NCBI GenBank assembly: GCA_963815195.1 | Contig: CAWFGE010000001.1 | Coordinates: 1 to 64,000, forward strand | From: an uncultured Planctomycetaceae bacterium | GTDB taxonomy: Bacteria; Planctomycetota; Planctomycetia; Planctomycetales; Planctomycetaceae | Length of the DNA: 64,000 bases | Reading direction: 5' to 3' | Shown here: piece after piece, positions 1 through 9,298 of the stretch | How positions within the stretch are numbered: the first letter of the stretch is position 1 | Layout: each line of letters starts with the position of its first letter | The notes under the pieces: generated by a model | Databases searched by the model: none | The model's input: only the letters and a program-made list of their open reading frames with translations | Told to the model about the DNA's origin: nothing | Program-made: the position numbers and the translations under genes

Positions 1-1571
1 ACAAAGCCAACGCAATTGAGGTTGCGCAGGCGACACGGTGCCGATTCCAATGACGCCGCCAGGCGTTGAGCACTTCCGGATGGCTTCGATTCGGTGAAGC
101 TGGCAGCCGGTGCCGATTCCAATGACGCCGCAGGCGTTGAGCACCACGGTCCGCGTTGGGGTGGTGTCGGCTTTGCGGCGTGCCGATTCCAATGACGCCG
201 CCAGGCGTTGAGCGCGTCGCCCCATGGCCGAGACGGAAGATCGCAAGAGTGCCGATTCCAATGACGCCGCCAGGCGTTGAGCACCTGGGGGAATGATCGA
301 GGGAGATAGTGAAGAGGTCGTGCCGATTCCGATGACGCCGCCAGGCGTTCAGCACTTCAAAGCGCCGCCGACTTCCTCAAGCTTGGAATCGTGCGGATTC
401 CAATGACGCCGCCAGGCGTTGAGCACACGGGAGCGGCATTCATGTCCAGGAACGAGGCTCGCAAGTGCCGATTCCAATGACGCCGCCAGGCGTTGAGCAC
501 ACGGACCAGTTCAACGATGCCGACAACGATCGCCGGTGCCGATTCCAATGACGCCGCCAGGCGTTGAGCACCTCTTTCCGGTCCCGCCCACGTCGGCCAG
601 CTCAATGTCCAGATTCCAATGACGCCGCCAGGCGTTGAGCACTCGCAGGGATCCTAAGCGTTGGCACGATCTATCGAGTGCCGATTCCAATGACGCCGCC
701 AGGCGTTGAGCACCGGGCGGTGTCCGGCAATCCGATCCTGGTGGGCGGGTGCCGATTCCAATGACGCCGCCAGGCGTTGAGCACAACGCTGCCGCAATGG
801 GCTGGGTCCGGCATCACCGTATGCCGATTCCAATGACGCCGCCAGGCGTTGAGCACCGGGTTCGGCCCGTTGATCGCCGATTTGAATGAAAAGTGCCGAT
901 TCCAATGACGCCGCCAGGCGTTGAGCACTTGGCGGACCTGCGGGCGATTGATCCTGATAAAATGGCGTGCCGATTCCAATGACGCCGCCAGGCGTTGAGC
1001 ACTGCCAGGCACATTACGGGGATTTCCAACTGCCCTCCCGTGCCGATTCCAATGACGCCGCCAGGCGTTGAGCACAAAGCCAACGCAATTGAGGTTGCGC
1101 AGGCGACACGGTGTGCCGATTCCAATGACGCCGCCAGGCGTTGAGCACGAAGCGGAAATCTTGTGAGAGCGTTGGACGATGACGTGCCGATTCCAATGAC
1201 GCCGCCAGGCGTTGAGCACAAGCACTAGGTGTCGGCGGGATCGAAGTCACGCGCAGTGCCGATTCCAATGACGCCGCCAGGCGTTGAGCACCCGATGTAC
1301 CATACGCCGTTTGTGCGTTCGCATTGTGCCGATTCCAATGACGCCGCCAGGCGTTGAGCACCGGAAATGATCGATTGCGGACATCGCTTTACAAACTGTG
1401 CCGATTCCAATGACGCCGCCAGGCGTTGAGCACGCGGTCGGCGCGACTACGACGGTTGACCTCACCGGCGTGCCGATTCCAATGACGCCGCCAGGCGTTG
1501 AGCACGTCTCCTGCGCCTTGGTTCCAGATCGCAACATTGTGTGCCGATTCCAATGACGCCGCCAGGCGTTG
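1..1571 (-). CRISPR. CRISPR array, 36-bp repeat GTGCTCAACGCCTGGCGGCGTCATTGGAATCGGCAC (minus strand), 21 near-complete repeats plus 1 truncated; continues off the left edge
   Basis: Repeats start at 38,110,180,249,320,391,465,536,607,678,749,821,893,967,1040,1113,1184,1256,1326,1398,1470,1541 with ~33-38 nt spacers. Variant repeats cluster on the left, suggesting minus-strand transcription. The repeat resembles GTGCTCAACGCC-type repeats of Myxococcus/Leptospira type I-B-like systems (recognition only). Confidence 0.98.
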
Positions 1572-1633
1572 TCACCGGGCACTTTAAAACCGGCCAGGGG
1601 TGGGCACTTCAAAACCGACAGGGGTGTGAATGA
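1570..1633. mobile_element. IS21-family-like terminal sequence (single end) inserted in the last CRISPR repeat
   Basis: Begins TGTCACC and carries two subterminal repeats, GGGCACTTTAAAACCGGCCAGGGG (1577-1600) and GGGCACTTCAAAACCGACAGGGG (1602-1624), typical of IS21 ends. No istA/istB seen. Confidence 0.7.
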
Positions 1634-1634
1634 T

Positions 1635-3413
1635 CCCGGATTATTCATCAGGTCCGTGCGTGGTGAGTATTTCCGTGGCGGAAAGTGCACAGGGTGGTTG
1701 GGGAGCGGAGGATGGGCGGACCGCCCCCTTTCCCCCCTGGGGCCTGGCGATCGTTGGGTGAGTGAAGGAAAGAAACAGAAAGGCGGATGCCACGATGGCG
1801 AACTGCTCAGTCCCGAAGAACCAGTTGCTCATGGGCGTGACGTGGGAGAGGTGTGTAGGGCCGCGGGCGAGCTCCACGCGGACGTGGCCAGAGGTTGGCC
1901 AGACGCAGCGATCGGATGCGGGAAGACATCGCGGCCCAAAACGCGCTCACGCTTTCCTCAATGTAAATCACGAGGCGGCGGGAGTGCTTCACGACCCGCG
2001 CTCCTGTCCGCAGCACCGACTGCTGGAAACGATGCAAGTCCCAGCAACCGCCCAACTCGTCCTCGAACTCGATCCGCAGCATCGACGCCAGGTTGAACGC
2101 CAGCAGGCCCAACAGCAACGTCACTTCGTTCTCCGCAAACACCGATGACGAAAGACGGCAGCCAATCACCGCGTTGAATTCGCCCAGCCGGTCCTCGAAC
2201 GTGCCGCGCTTGCGGTAGTGCGACAACACCTCATCCGCCGAGCGTTGCTCCTCGATCCAGTTTGTGATCAGGAAGAAGTAACGCGGAAACAGAGCCAGTT
2301 GGCCCGTCTTCGCCTCCGGCTTGTCGACGATGACCAGAATCACCCGCTGCGGATGACGCCAGCCCTCGGCTTGGTACTTTCCGAGTTCGATCACGTCCTC
2401 ATATCCGCCTTTGGGCGGCCGGCCCGCGGGACGTGTCAGATAGGGCGCGGCCATCTCTTCCAGCACGTTGTTCTTCTTGATTCTCCCGCAAAAACGGATG
2501 TTTTCGTCGGTCAACTCATCCAACACCGGGCCGGCGATGAAACCCGCATCGATCCGGAGGTCGAAGCTCCACGCCAGTTGCCGGGCCTTGCCGACCACGT
2601 TGCGAATAAACCGCCGGATGCCATTGGCCGTATGCACGCTGCCTTGCCGCAGGATGGCATGAATGAAGCCGTTGCCCAGCCGCTGGCCTTCCCGCGCGCT
2701 ATCGTAGTCGCCGCCGACCGAGAAACTAGCGACCAGCGGATGATAGACGGTCTCCTTGTAGTAACCGTTGTAGCGGGCCCCCGGCTGCTGGCCATAAACC
2801 TGCATCGGGAAACTGTCGATGTCGATGGTGGCGTAGCGGACGCGGCGGTCGCTGTCGCCGGTGCTTTTGATGTGCCGATGGATCCAGTCGAACAAGGCGC
2901 TCCGCACGGCCTCGAGATTCGTCTTGCAGTCGGCCAGCCAATCGATGAGCCGGGATTGAGTGGGTTGGCTGGCCAGGCGTTGGTTGAGCACTTCTTCGCC
3001 GGGCCGGTCCCACGCGGCCATCTTCATAGCGGGATCATGGGCGAGCCGGTCGAGATCATCCTGATCGGACTCTCCCAGAGCCATGGCATAAATTCTTTCC
3101 CGCCGCAGTTCGACGCCTTGATAGCGGACGCGGTCTTGCCGGCGAGGATCGATCAGTCGATCGGCAAGGGATTCGGTGAGTCCGAGCCGATGATCGAAGT
3201 CCCGCAGGAGAACGGCACCGGCGTGTGACGTGAGCCGCCCATCGACGGCCTTGACCTTGATGGAACGATTGAAATCGGGCTCGAAAATGTTAGGCTGAAC
3301 TTCACCCATCGCGTGTTTCCTCCGTAGGGTTTCGGGATTAGATATAACCCTTAAACGCACAGGGTCACGCGATGGTTCCTTCTTTTTTCAGCTTTTTTGG
3401 TGAATAATCCGGG
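1635..3413 (-). mobile_element. IS1380-family insertion sequence
   Basis: 13-bp perfect terminal inverted repeats CCCGGATTATTCA (1635-1647) / TGAATAATCCGGG (3401-3413). ATGA lies on both flanks (1630-1633, 3414-3417; 1-nt offset). Single transposase. Confidence 0.9.
1807..3309 (-). CDS. IS1380-family DDE transposase
   Basis: Motifs LTSHAGAVLL, DPR, LASQPTQSR, IDIDS, YHPL, RIDAGF, YRKRGTFE. Confidence 0.92.
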   Translation of the reverse strand: MGEVQPNIFEPDFNRSIKVKAVDGRLTSHAGAVLLRDFDHRLGLTESLADRLIDPRRQDRVRYQGVELRRERIYAMALGESDQDDLDRLAHDPAMKMAAWDRPGEEVLNQRLASQPTQSRLIDWLADCKTNLEAVRSALFDWIHRHIKSTGDSDRRVRYATIDIDSFPMQVYGQQPGARYNGYYKETVYHPLVASFSVGGDYDSAREGQRLGNGFIHAILRQGSVHTANGIRRFIRNVVGKARQLAWSFDLRIDAGFIAGPVLDELTDENIRFCGRIKKNNVLEEMAAPYLTRPAGRPPKGGYEDVIELGKYQAEGWRHPQRVILVIVDKPEAKTGQLALFPRYFFLITNWIEEQRSADEVLSHYRKRGTFEDRLGEFNAVIGCRLSSSVFAENEVTLLLGLLAFNLASMLRIEFEDELGGCWDLHRFQQSVLRTGARVVKHSRRLVIYIEESVSAFWAAMSSRIRSLRLANLWPRPRGARPRPYTPLPRHAHEQLVLRD

Positions 3414-3576
3414 ATGACTGGTCGAAGTAAACCGAATTGAATCGCTTTTCCGTAAGATCAATAATGTATTTCATGACTTAATTAGTAACACCTTGACTAT
3501 ATATTCAGGAACCGAAGAAAGAAAAACGAACTCAAATGCTTGGCGATCACTCATATTGATATAATGTATGCTCTTC

Positions 3577-3921
3577 CTAGAACCCAAACAAGTATTTTTT
3601 CTTGTATTCAATCTGTCGGGCATTTTTCATTGAAAACGTAGGATGAGCAGGGTTTAGTACAATTGTAAACGAACCTTCCATACTCTTGAATCGTTCCTCA
3701 GCCTCAATTGAGAGTCCATGCACTCCCTTACCGCTTGGTTTGGTTGGCACAACTTTTGTAAATCCCAAACTATCGATCACGTCTTCTCCATCGCCGACCG
3801 CCCAAATGAGGGATTTTGCTGTCTTCAGGCCAACCAAAATAAGCCGCCCACCAGATTTTAAAACCGGAGCCGCAGTCTCAAAAATCCAAGAGTTCGTGTA
3901 GGGCAGGCTCCTGCCTGCCAT
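3577..3921 (-). CDS. Hypothetical protein, low GC (114 aa)
   Basis: Open frame in AT-rich DNA; LKSGGRLILV weakly resembles a methyltransferase strand motif. Confidence 0.4.
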   Translation of the reverse strand: MAGRSLPYTNSWIFETAAPVLKSGGRLILVGLKTAKSLIWAVGDGEDVIDSLGFTKVVPTKPSGKGVHGLSIEAEERFKSMEGSFTIVLNPAHPTFSMKNARQIEYKKKYLFGF

Positions 3922-4105
3922 TTTGGACTCGGTTCATTGGGGGAATTGAGGAAGGCTCTTGAAAAGACCTCAGTAGCCTGCCATTTTGGACTTGGCTTGG
4001 CTGCTTTCATCGAATGAGGAACGTATGGTTGGGCGTGTAACGGCTCAGTTCGAACTGGAATTTCTGGCTGGTTGGGTTAGTCTATTCTTATGAGAGGACC
4101 GACCC

Positions 4106-4429
4106 ATGAGCAACAGCAAACGACGTCATTTTACGCCCGAGCAGAAAGCCGAGGTTGTCAGGCGGCATCTGTCGGGGAAGGAACCCGTCTCCAAACTCGC
4201 TGAGGAGCTTGGGGTGCAGCCGAGCCAGATTCATGCGTGGGTGAACCTGGTTCTGGCGCAGGCGGAGCGGGCATTCGAGAAGTCTCAGCAGAATGGACGC
4301 GCACGGACGGACAAGGTCAAGGACCGCCGCATCGAACAGCTCGAAGGTAAGATCGCCGACAAGAACGAAGTGATCGCCGAGTTAATGGAGGCGAACGTTC
4401 GCGCAAAAAAAGAGCTTGGGGAACTCTAA
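4106..4429 (+). CDS. IS3 transposase OrfA (HTH)
   Basis: RRHFTPEQKAEVV...VSKLAEELGVQPSQIHAW. Confidence 0.92.
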   Translation: MSNSKRRHFTPEQKAEVVRRHLSGKEPVSKLAEELGVQPSQIHAWVNLVLAQAERAFEKSQQNGRARTDKVKDRRIEQLEGKIADKNEVIAELMEANVRAKKELGEL

Positions 4430-4467
4430 AAGGAGGCTGGGTTCCCCACGACACGCGCGACGAAATC

Positions 4468-5397
4468 GTGGATTACATCACGTATTGGACGGACCGCGCC
4501 GAGATTCCCGCCAAAACCCTTTTGGGTTGGTTGGAACTGGGCACGAGCAAGTACCACTCGTGGAAAGACCGCTACGGAAAAGCCAACGAGCACAACGGGA
4601 AGATTCCCCGGGATCATTGGCTGGAGGATTGGGAGAAGGCGGCGATCGTCGACTATTTTGACCAGCATCCCTTGGAAGGCTATCGCCGGCTGACGTTCAT
4701 GATGCTCGATGATGACATCGTCGCCACAAGCCCGGCGACGGTGTATCGCGTGCTCAAAGCGAACCGGCGATTGGACCGCAGGAAGTTCTCGCCGTCCAAG
4801 AAAGGCACAGGCTTCGTGCAGCCCTTAAAACCCCACGAACACTGGCACATCGACGTGTCTTACATCAACGTGGAAGGCACGTTTTACTACCTGACCAGCG
4901 TCTTGGATGGCTGCAGCCGGGCCATTTTGCACTGGGACCTCAAGGAGTCGATGACCGAACAGGACGTGGAAGTTATTCTGCAAAAAGCGATCGAGACCTA
5001 CCCCGGCGAATCGCCGCGGATCATCTCGGACAACGGGCCGCAGTTCATCGCGCGGGACTTCAAAGAGTTCATCCGCCTCGTGGGCGCCGCACACGTGCGG
5101 ACCAGTCCGTACTATCCCCAATCGAACGGCAAGATCGAACGTTGGCACGGAAGTTTGAAGTCCGAATGTATCCGGCCGAGTTGTCCGGCCAACGTCGAGG
5201 AAGCCCGGCGAAAGATTCAAAGCTATGTGGATCATTACAATAATGTGCGGCTGCATTCGGCCATCGGCTATGTGACGCCCGCCGATAAACTGGCGGGCAT
5301 CGAACAGGAGATCTTCACCGAACGCGACCGCAAGTTGGAAACCGCCCGAACGCGCCGTCAGGCCGCCCGGCAATTCGCGCGACAGGAGGTTGCTTGA
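4468..5397 (+). CDS. IS3 transposase OrfB (rve/DDE), probably joined to OrfA by a -1 frameshift
   Basis: WHIDVSY, SDNGPQF, PQSNGKIERW, YNNVRLHSAIGYVTP. Confidence 0.93.
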   Translation: MDYITYWTDRAEIPAKTLLGWLELGTSKYHSWKDRYGKANEHNGKIPRDHWLEDWEKAAIVDYFDQHPLEGYRRLTFMMLDDDIVATSPATVYRVLKANRRLDRRKFSPSKKGTGFVQPLKPHEHWHIDVSYINVEGTFYYLTSVLDGCSRAILHWDLKESMTEQDVEVILQKAIETYPGESPRIISDNGPQFIARDFKEFIRLVGAAHVRTSPYYPQSNGKIERWHGSLKSECIRPSCPANVEEARRKIQSYVDHYNNVRLHSAIGYVTPADKLAGIEQEIFTERDRKLETARTRRQAARQFARQEVA

Positions 5398-5664
5398 TGA
5401 CAAGCCGCATGGCACAATCGAATGCGACCTGGGCGGAGGATACGGCTCTGCTGAGGAGCACCCGGAGCGCCGCCCCAGGGGCCAAGACCGGAGGCGGGAT
5501 CAAGCCCCTTCCCTTGATCCCGCCCGTTTCGAAAACCCTCCGGGATTGGCACCAAAGCGAAAAACCTTCCCGCGAGCAGGATGCCGCGAAATCCGCGACA
5601 GGAGGTCACCTTCCACTGACTAACACCAACACGCCCAAATTCCACTTACCGCTGAACCAGGACA

Positions 5665-5925
5665 CTCGTGCAAAAACTGGTAGGACCCGTATCCTGCTAA
5701 TGCGATTACTACCCCGATCAAACTTCCGGCCAAAATCAACTTGGCATTCTCGATGGAGTTAGTGCTGGCGGATTGTGGGTGGGTGCTCGATTTTAGCTCT
5801 CCCCGGGGGAATCCGTCGATTTGCCTCTCTGGGGTCACAAATTGGGCAGAGTTGAGGGAGCGGGGCGACATTTGGGATCTTGTACGCTTTGTGGCATTGA
5901 GGGCATCGCCAATCGATTCGTTCAA
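5665..5925 (-). pseudogene. Small single-TM ORF truncated by IS3
   Basis: Hydrophobic LILAGSLIGVVIALAGYG segment; the frame runs into the IS3 end exactly at a codon boundary. Confidence 0.3.
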
Positions 5926-6157
5926 CCATTGTTACGGTTCCCCCAATGAATCAACGCCATCCTGGGAAGTGAACCTCCATGAAAACAAAAGCCCGCCCTG
6001 CGGATTGTCCAGCCAGCAGAGCGGGCGATACCTTTCGGCATGAATCCAGATTGTCGCTTCGGCTGCACCTTGTTCATAGTACCCATGAATTCACTGAGCG
6101 CCAAACAAAAAGCCGGCAGCCCCGAAAAGGCCTCCGGCTTGATGATTCACCCGGCGG

Positions 6158-6349
6158 TCATCCCCGACCATCGACCCCATCGACCAGGGCCAGAATCCGC
6201 TGCTTCACCGCCTCGGAAAATCCCGGCCACGCCGCCGCCAAACGCTCGAAATCGGGGTCGTTTACGACAGTGGGTACGACAGCGCCGGGGGCATCATCGC
6301 GTAAACCCTTATCCTGATTATGGTTATACGTTTCGTCGGCTGGATTCAA
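6158..6349 (-). CDS. Small island-boundary ORF (DPDFERLAAAWPGFSEAVKQRILALV motif)
   Basis: Motif recalled from small ORFs next to att sites/integrases in planctomycete elements; abuts the tRNA fragment. Confidence 0.4.
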   Translation of the reverse strand: MNPADETYNHNQDKGLRDDAPGAVVPTVVNDPDFERLAAAWPGFSEAVKQRILALVDGVDGRG

Positions 6350-6397
6350 AATCCAGTGAGGGTAAACCTCGTGGGGGTTCGAGTCCCCCCTCCGGTA
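6340..6397 (+). tRNA. 3' half of tRNA-Leu(CAA); att-like duplication, not a full gene
   Basis: Anticodon arm CTGGA-TTCAAAA-TCCAG, long variable arm GAGG-GTAAA-CCTC, T-arm GGGGG-TTCGAGT-CCCCC, 3' acceptor strand CTCCGGTA. No D-arm or 5' acceptor strand upstream. Confidence 0.85.
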
Positions 6398-6507
6398 TTT
6401 TGCTATAAATCATTGAATTTCAATGGTTTGTGACAAATGCATTAAGCCTGTGTTCTTGGTTGGGCCAATGAAAATCACTTCATTGGGCACAAATTAGGAA
6501 CACACAA

Positions 6508-6720
6508 ATGGCTTCAATTTCAAAGGCTGGACGCAAATTCTCGATTCGTTTCTGATACATGGGAACGCAACATCGGGTGACGGTCGAAAGCCGAATCCGT
6601 CAGACTGGTGATAGAAAATACACTGACTGACTTGGAACTCGGAAGGCTTTCAATCCCCGATGGAATCGACGCTGCAAAATTCATAGCCTCCGGTGGGAAA
6701 AACCCCGGCTCTCTCTCTTC
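6508..6720 (+). pseudogene. N-terminal remnant of a tyrosine integrase
   Basis: MASISKAGRKFSIRF*YMG (TGA at 6553-6555), then in another frame IENTLTDLELGRLSIPDGIDAAKFIASGGK, resembling planctomycete integrase N-termini. Lies 110 bp after the tRNA fragment; no catalytic domain. Confidence 0.55.
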
Positions 6721-6997
6721 CAACCCTCTCAAATCTCATCGAACGGTGGGAATCTGCGAAGTGTTGCTGAGACAACTCAAAGGGCTGATTCGGTACGCTG
6801 TCGGCATCTCAAGAGACATCTGGGTTCTCAAAGAATCGATCCCCTCACAGTCGAGAAATACATCAAATCAGAGAATCGGAGAAAATCCGCGATCCGTATC
6901 AATCCAGACACTCGGTTTCACCCTTCCTCAACAAGCGGGCTGCGAGAAACCGCATAACCCCTACCAGCGGTGAAGGCAGAATCCCAGGATTCGACTG

Positions 6998-7268
6998 TTA
7001 CGACGGCTCGGTTTCGGTCATGTGGCGCTTTTCCGCGACTTCGATGGTCTTTCCCAATCCATCCAGCAGATCGGGCAGGCTTCCCAGGATTTGGACCAGA
7101 CCTAAGAACAGAACTCCATGCGTGCGCACCGAAGTGAAGGGTGCGTTCGGTGCTGGTAATGTCGGAATAGACGGACGCCACGCCCGATCCGAGCAGTATC
7201 AATCCCGTGACCAGCTTCGTTGCGGGATGTTCAATCGCGTTCTTCATGCGTTGTAACGAGGGCCTCAT
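6998..7268 (-). CDS. Small 2-TM membrane protein (one apparent frameshift ~7120)
   Basis: KLVTGLILLGSGVASV, then GVLFLGLVQILGSLPDLLDG in the adjacent frame; ATGA overlap with upstream gene. Confidence 0.55.
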
Positions 7269-8044
7269 TTTTTCTCCTTGGAGACATCATTATTCGTTTT
7301 GTCCGGGTCGCGCGCCGGTCGAATCCAACCCTTATACAAATCGCCGTCCGTAAACCACGGGTTCCCTTCGCCATTCTTCCCTTTCCGAACCTTGTGAAAG
7401 CCGGGCACGATCTCGAAATGGGACAGGTCGCCCGTCTCTTTCAAATCCGCAAACAACTTGTCGCGCTCGGCGTCGATGTCGGGAGCCGTTTTGTGCGTGA
7501 TTTGCCCCGTCGTGTGGCTCAACCCGACCTGCTCATCAAAAATTGCAGCCCCGAGCCACACGGGACGACCATCGGCATCGAGTTTGTCCGACTTCCAGAA
7601 GCGGACGTGGTGCCGCTTTCGAGGGTCCGGCCCGACCGCTTCCTCGAAGGAAAGGCCTTCCTTTCGCCCGAACAGGTATTCGCTGCTCACAGGCGCGCTG
7701 AGGTCGGGCCGCTTGAAGACCGACGCTTCGGCAATCTCAAGGGAGCTTTTGAGCGTCAGCGGATCCGCCGGGGACCACCCGGCGGCGACCATGATGCGCA
7801 ACACGTCGGTTTGCGTTCCGACCAAGGCCACATTAATGGGATCCGCGGGGATTCCGTCCGCCGTGTAGGTCATGCCCGGCTCCTCCTCCAACTGGGGATG
7901 CCGGTCGGCGTAGTTCTTCCAGAAGCGGGGCATGACGAGGTACGCGACGATCGCATACACGATCAACAGGCCGAGAACGATCGCGCCAGAGTGCCGCAAT
8001 CGGTTCCGGGGTTTCCTTTCCTGGGATGGGGAGGCGTCGGACAT
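7265..8044 (-). CDS. LssY C-terminal-domain protein with N-terminal TM helix
   Basis: GIPADPINVALVG, AGWSPAD, APVS, RHHVRFW, TGQITH..APDIDAERD, WFTDG. Confidence 0.85.
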   Translation of the reverse strand: MSDASPSQERKPRNRLRHSGAIVLGLLIVYAIVAYLVMPRFWKNYADRHPQLEEEPGMTYTADGIPADPINVALVGTQTDVLRIMVAAGWSPADPLTLKSSLEIAEASVFKRPDLSAPVSSEYLFGRKEGLSFEEAVGPDPRKRHHVRFWKSDKLDADGRPVWLGAAIFDEQVGLSHTTGQITHKTAPDIDAERDKLFADLKETGDLSHFEIVPGFHKVRKGKNGEGNPWFTDGDLYKGWIRPARDPDKTNNDVSKEKK

Positions 8045-8057
8045 CGGATTCGTTGAC

Positions 8058-9071
8058 TTACTCATCGAACGAGAAGACCCGCTTCCAATCGTTCTTGATA
8101 CTGATGACGGTCCAGCCTGCTTGCCGGGCTTTATCGTAAAGGTTTTGACTGAACGTGCCGACTTTGGACTCCGGCAAGCCCTGGGCAGGTCCGTAGACGT
8201 ATTCACGGTTTTGGTCGTCGTGCAGCACCAACATCCCCAACCGCGGACCTTGGCCGGCCGTCGTGTATTCCAACATCTGCTGATCGCCCGCCGTGTTCCC
8301 AAACGCCGCGACGGGCCGGCGGCCGATCACCAGATGAATGCCTTCCGGCTTGCCGGTTTTGTCATTGATGAGCAACACTTTCGGTTCTTTGATGAGGGTC
8401 GGCTTGCCATTCTTGTCATAACCGAATTTCGTTTCGGCCATGCTGCCGACGACTTGCTCCGGCGGGATGCCGTACACGACTTCGACATACACGCGGACGA
8501 AGTCCTGCCCGCCCCCGGTGACGATATAGGTTTTGTAGCCGTTGGCTCGGAGAAATTTCAGGACTTCTTGCATCGGCTGATAGGTCAACTCGGTGTAAGC
8601 CCGCTTGAAGCGCGGATGCCTGGCCGTCTTGAGCCACTGCTTGACCTCCGCCTGGAACTGCTCCACGGACATCCCGGTGAGCGTGGCGGCCAAGATCTTT
8701 TCCAGTTCCGGCAATCCAAATCTGGCGATGGCGTCCTGGTTGCCCGAAAGCACCGTCTTGAAGGGTTCGACCTCTTTAAGTTCCGGTTTCTGCTTCACCA
8801 CCTCAGGCACGCGGTCCAGGCAATAGGCCACTTGGGTGTAGATCGGCTGCTCGACCCACAGCGTCCCATCCTGATCGAACGTGGCAATGCGCTCGGCGGG
8901 CGGGACAAACTTTTCGCTGCCCGTCGTCGTGGTTTCCCGCACGAAATTCAGGATGGCAGATTTCGCCGTTCCCTCATTCCACGACGGCAAAGGATCGGCT
9001 TGTGAATGCCCTATGCTTGGACAAGTAAGCAGAATGGCAAGGAAGACTGAAGCGGATGGAATCAATTTCAT
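8058..9071 (-). CDS. Secreted HAD-family hydrolase (NapD-like acid phosphatase)
   Basis: Signal peptide, DPLPSWN, RIATFDQDGTLWVEQP, IVTGGG, AFGNTAGD. Confidence 0.9.
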   Translation of the reverse strand: MKLIPSASVFLAILLTCPSIGHSQADPLPSWNEGTAKSAILNFVRETTTTGSEKFVPPAERIATFDQDGTLWVEQPIYTQVAYCLDRVPEVVKQKPELKEVEPFKTVLSGNQDAIARFGLPELEKILAATLTGMSVEQFQAEVKQWLKTARHPRFKRAYTELTYQPMQEVLKFLRANGYKTYIVTGGGQDFVRVYVEVVYGIPPEQVVGSMAETKFGYDKNGKPTLIKEPKVLLINDKTGKPEGIHLVIGRRPVAAFGNTAGDQQMLEYTTAGQGPRLGMLVLHDDQNREYVYGPAQGLPESKVGTFSQNLYDKARQAGWTVISIKNDWKRVFSFDE

Positions 9072-9127
9072 CGCGTGACCTCGTAAGTCGTGAAGATTTC
9101 AGCCAGCCACGTTTCGTTCCCGCTGGC

Positions 9128-9298
9128 TTAGGGCGCTGCGGGCACTTGGGGTTCGACGCCGTTACCGCCCGGCGCGACGGCTTCATCGATCGTCAGAATG
9201 TAAATCAGCATGGCGCCCAACATCAAAATGACGACGGCCCATGCCCGCCAGTCTTTGTGCAGGCCCGGCTTGGGAGAATTGTGTTCGTGCTTGGTCAT
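9128..9298 (-). CDS. Small single-TM protein
   Basis: HKDWRAWAVVILMLGAMLIYILT; co-oriented with the cluster. Confidence 0.6.
   Translation of the reverse strand: MTKHEHNSPKPGLHKDWRAWAVVILMLGAMLIYILTIDEAVAPGGNGVEPQVPAAP

Larger units (their letters stand above)
4036..5664 (+). mobile_element. IS3-family insertion sequence
   Basis: Imperfect 28-bp TG...CA inverted ends (TGTAACGGCTCAGTTCGAACTGGAATTT vs revcomp TGTCCTGGTTCAGCGGTAAGTGGAATTT); orfA/orfB with AAAAAAAG at 4405-4412. Confidence 0.9.

Noticed and set aside
357..1690. Repetitive ORFs (VLNAWRRHWNRH, CSTPGGVIGIG, AQRLAASLES)
   Set aside because: They are translations of the CRISPR repeat.
2972..2991. GCCAGGCGTTGGTTGAGCAC resembling the CRISPR repeat end inside IS1380
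   Set aside because: It lies in the conserved transposase coding motif (VLNQRLASQPT) and has a 4-nt insertion; probably coincidental.
6340..6397. Functional tRNA-Leu gene
   Set aside because: The 5' acceptor strand and D-arm are absent.
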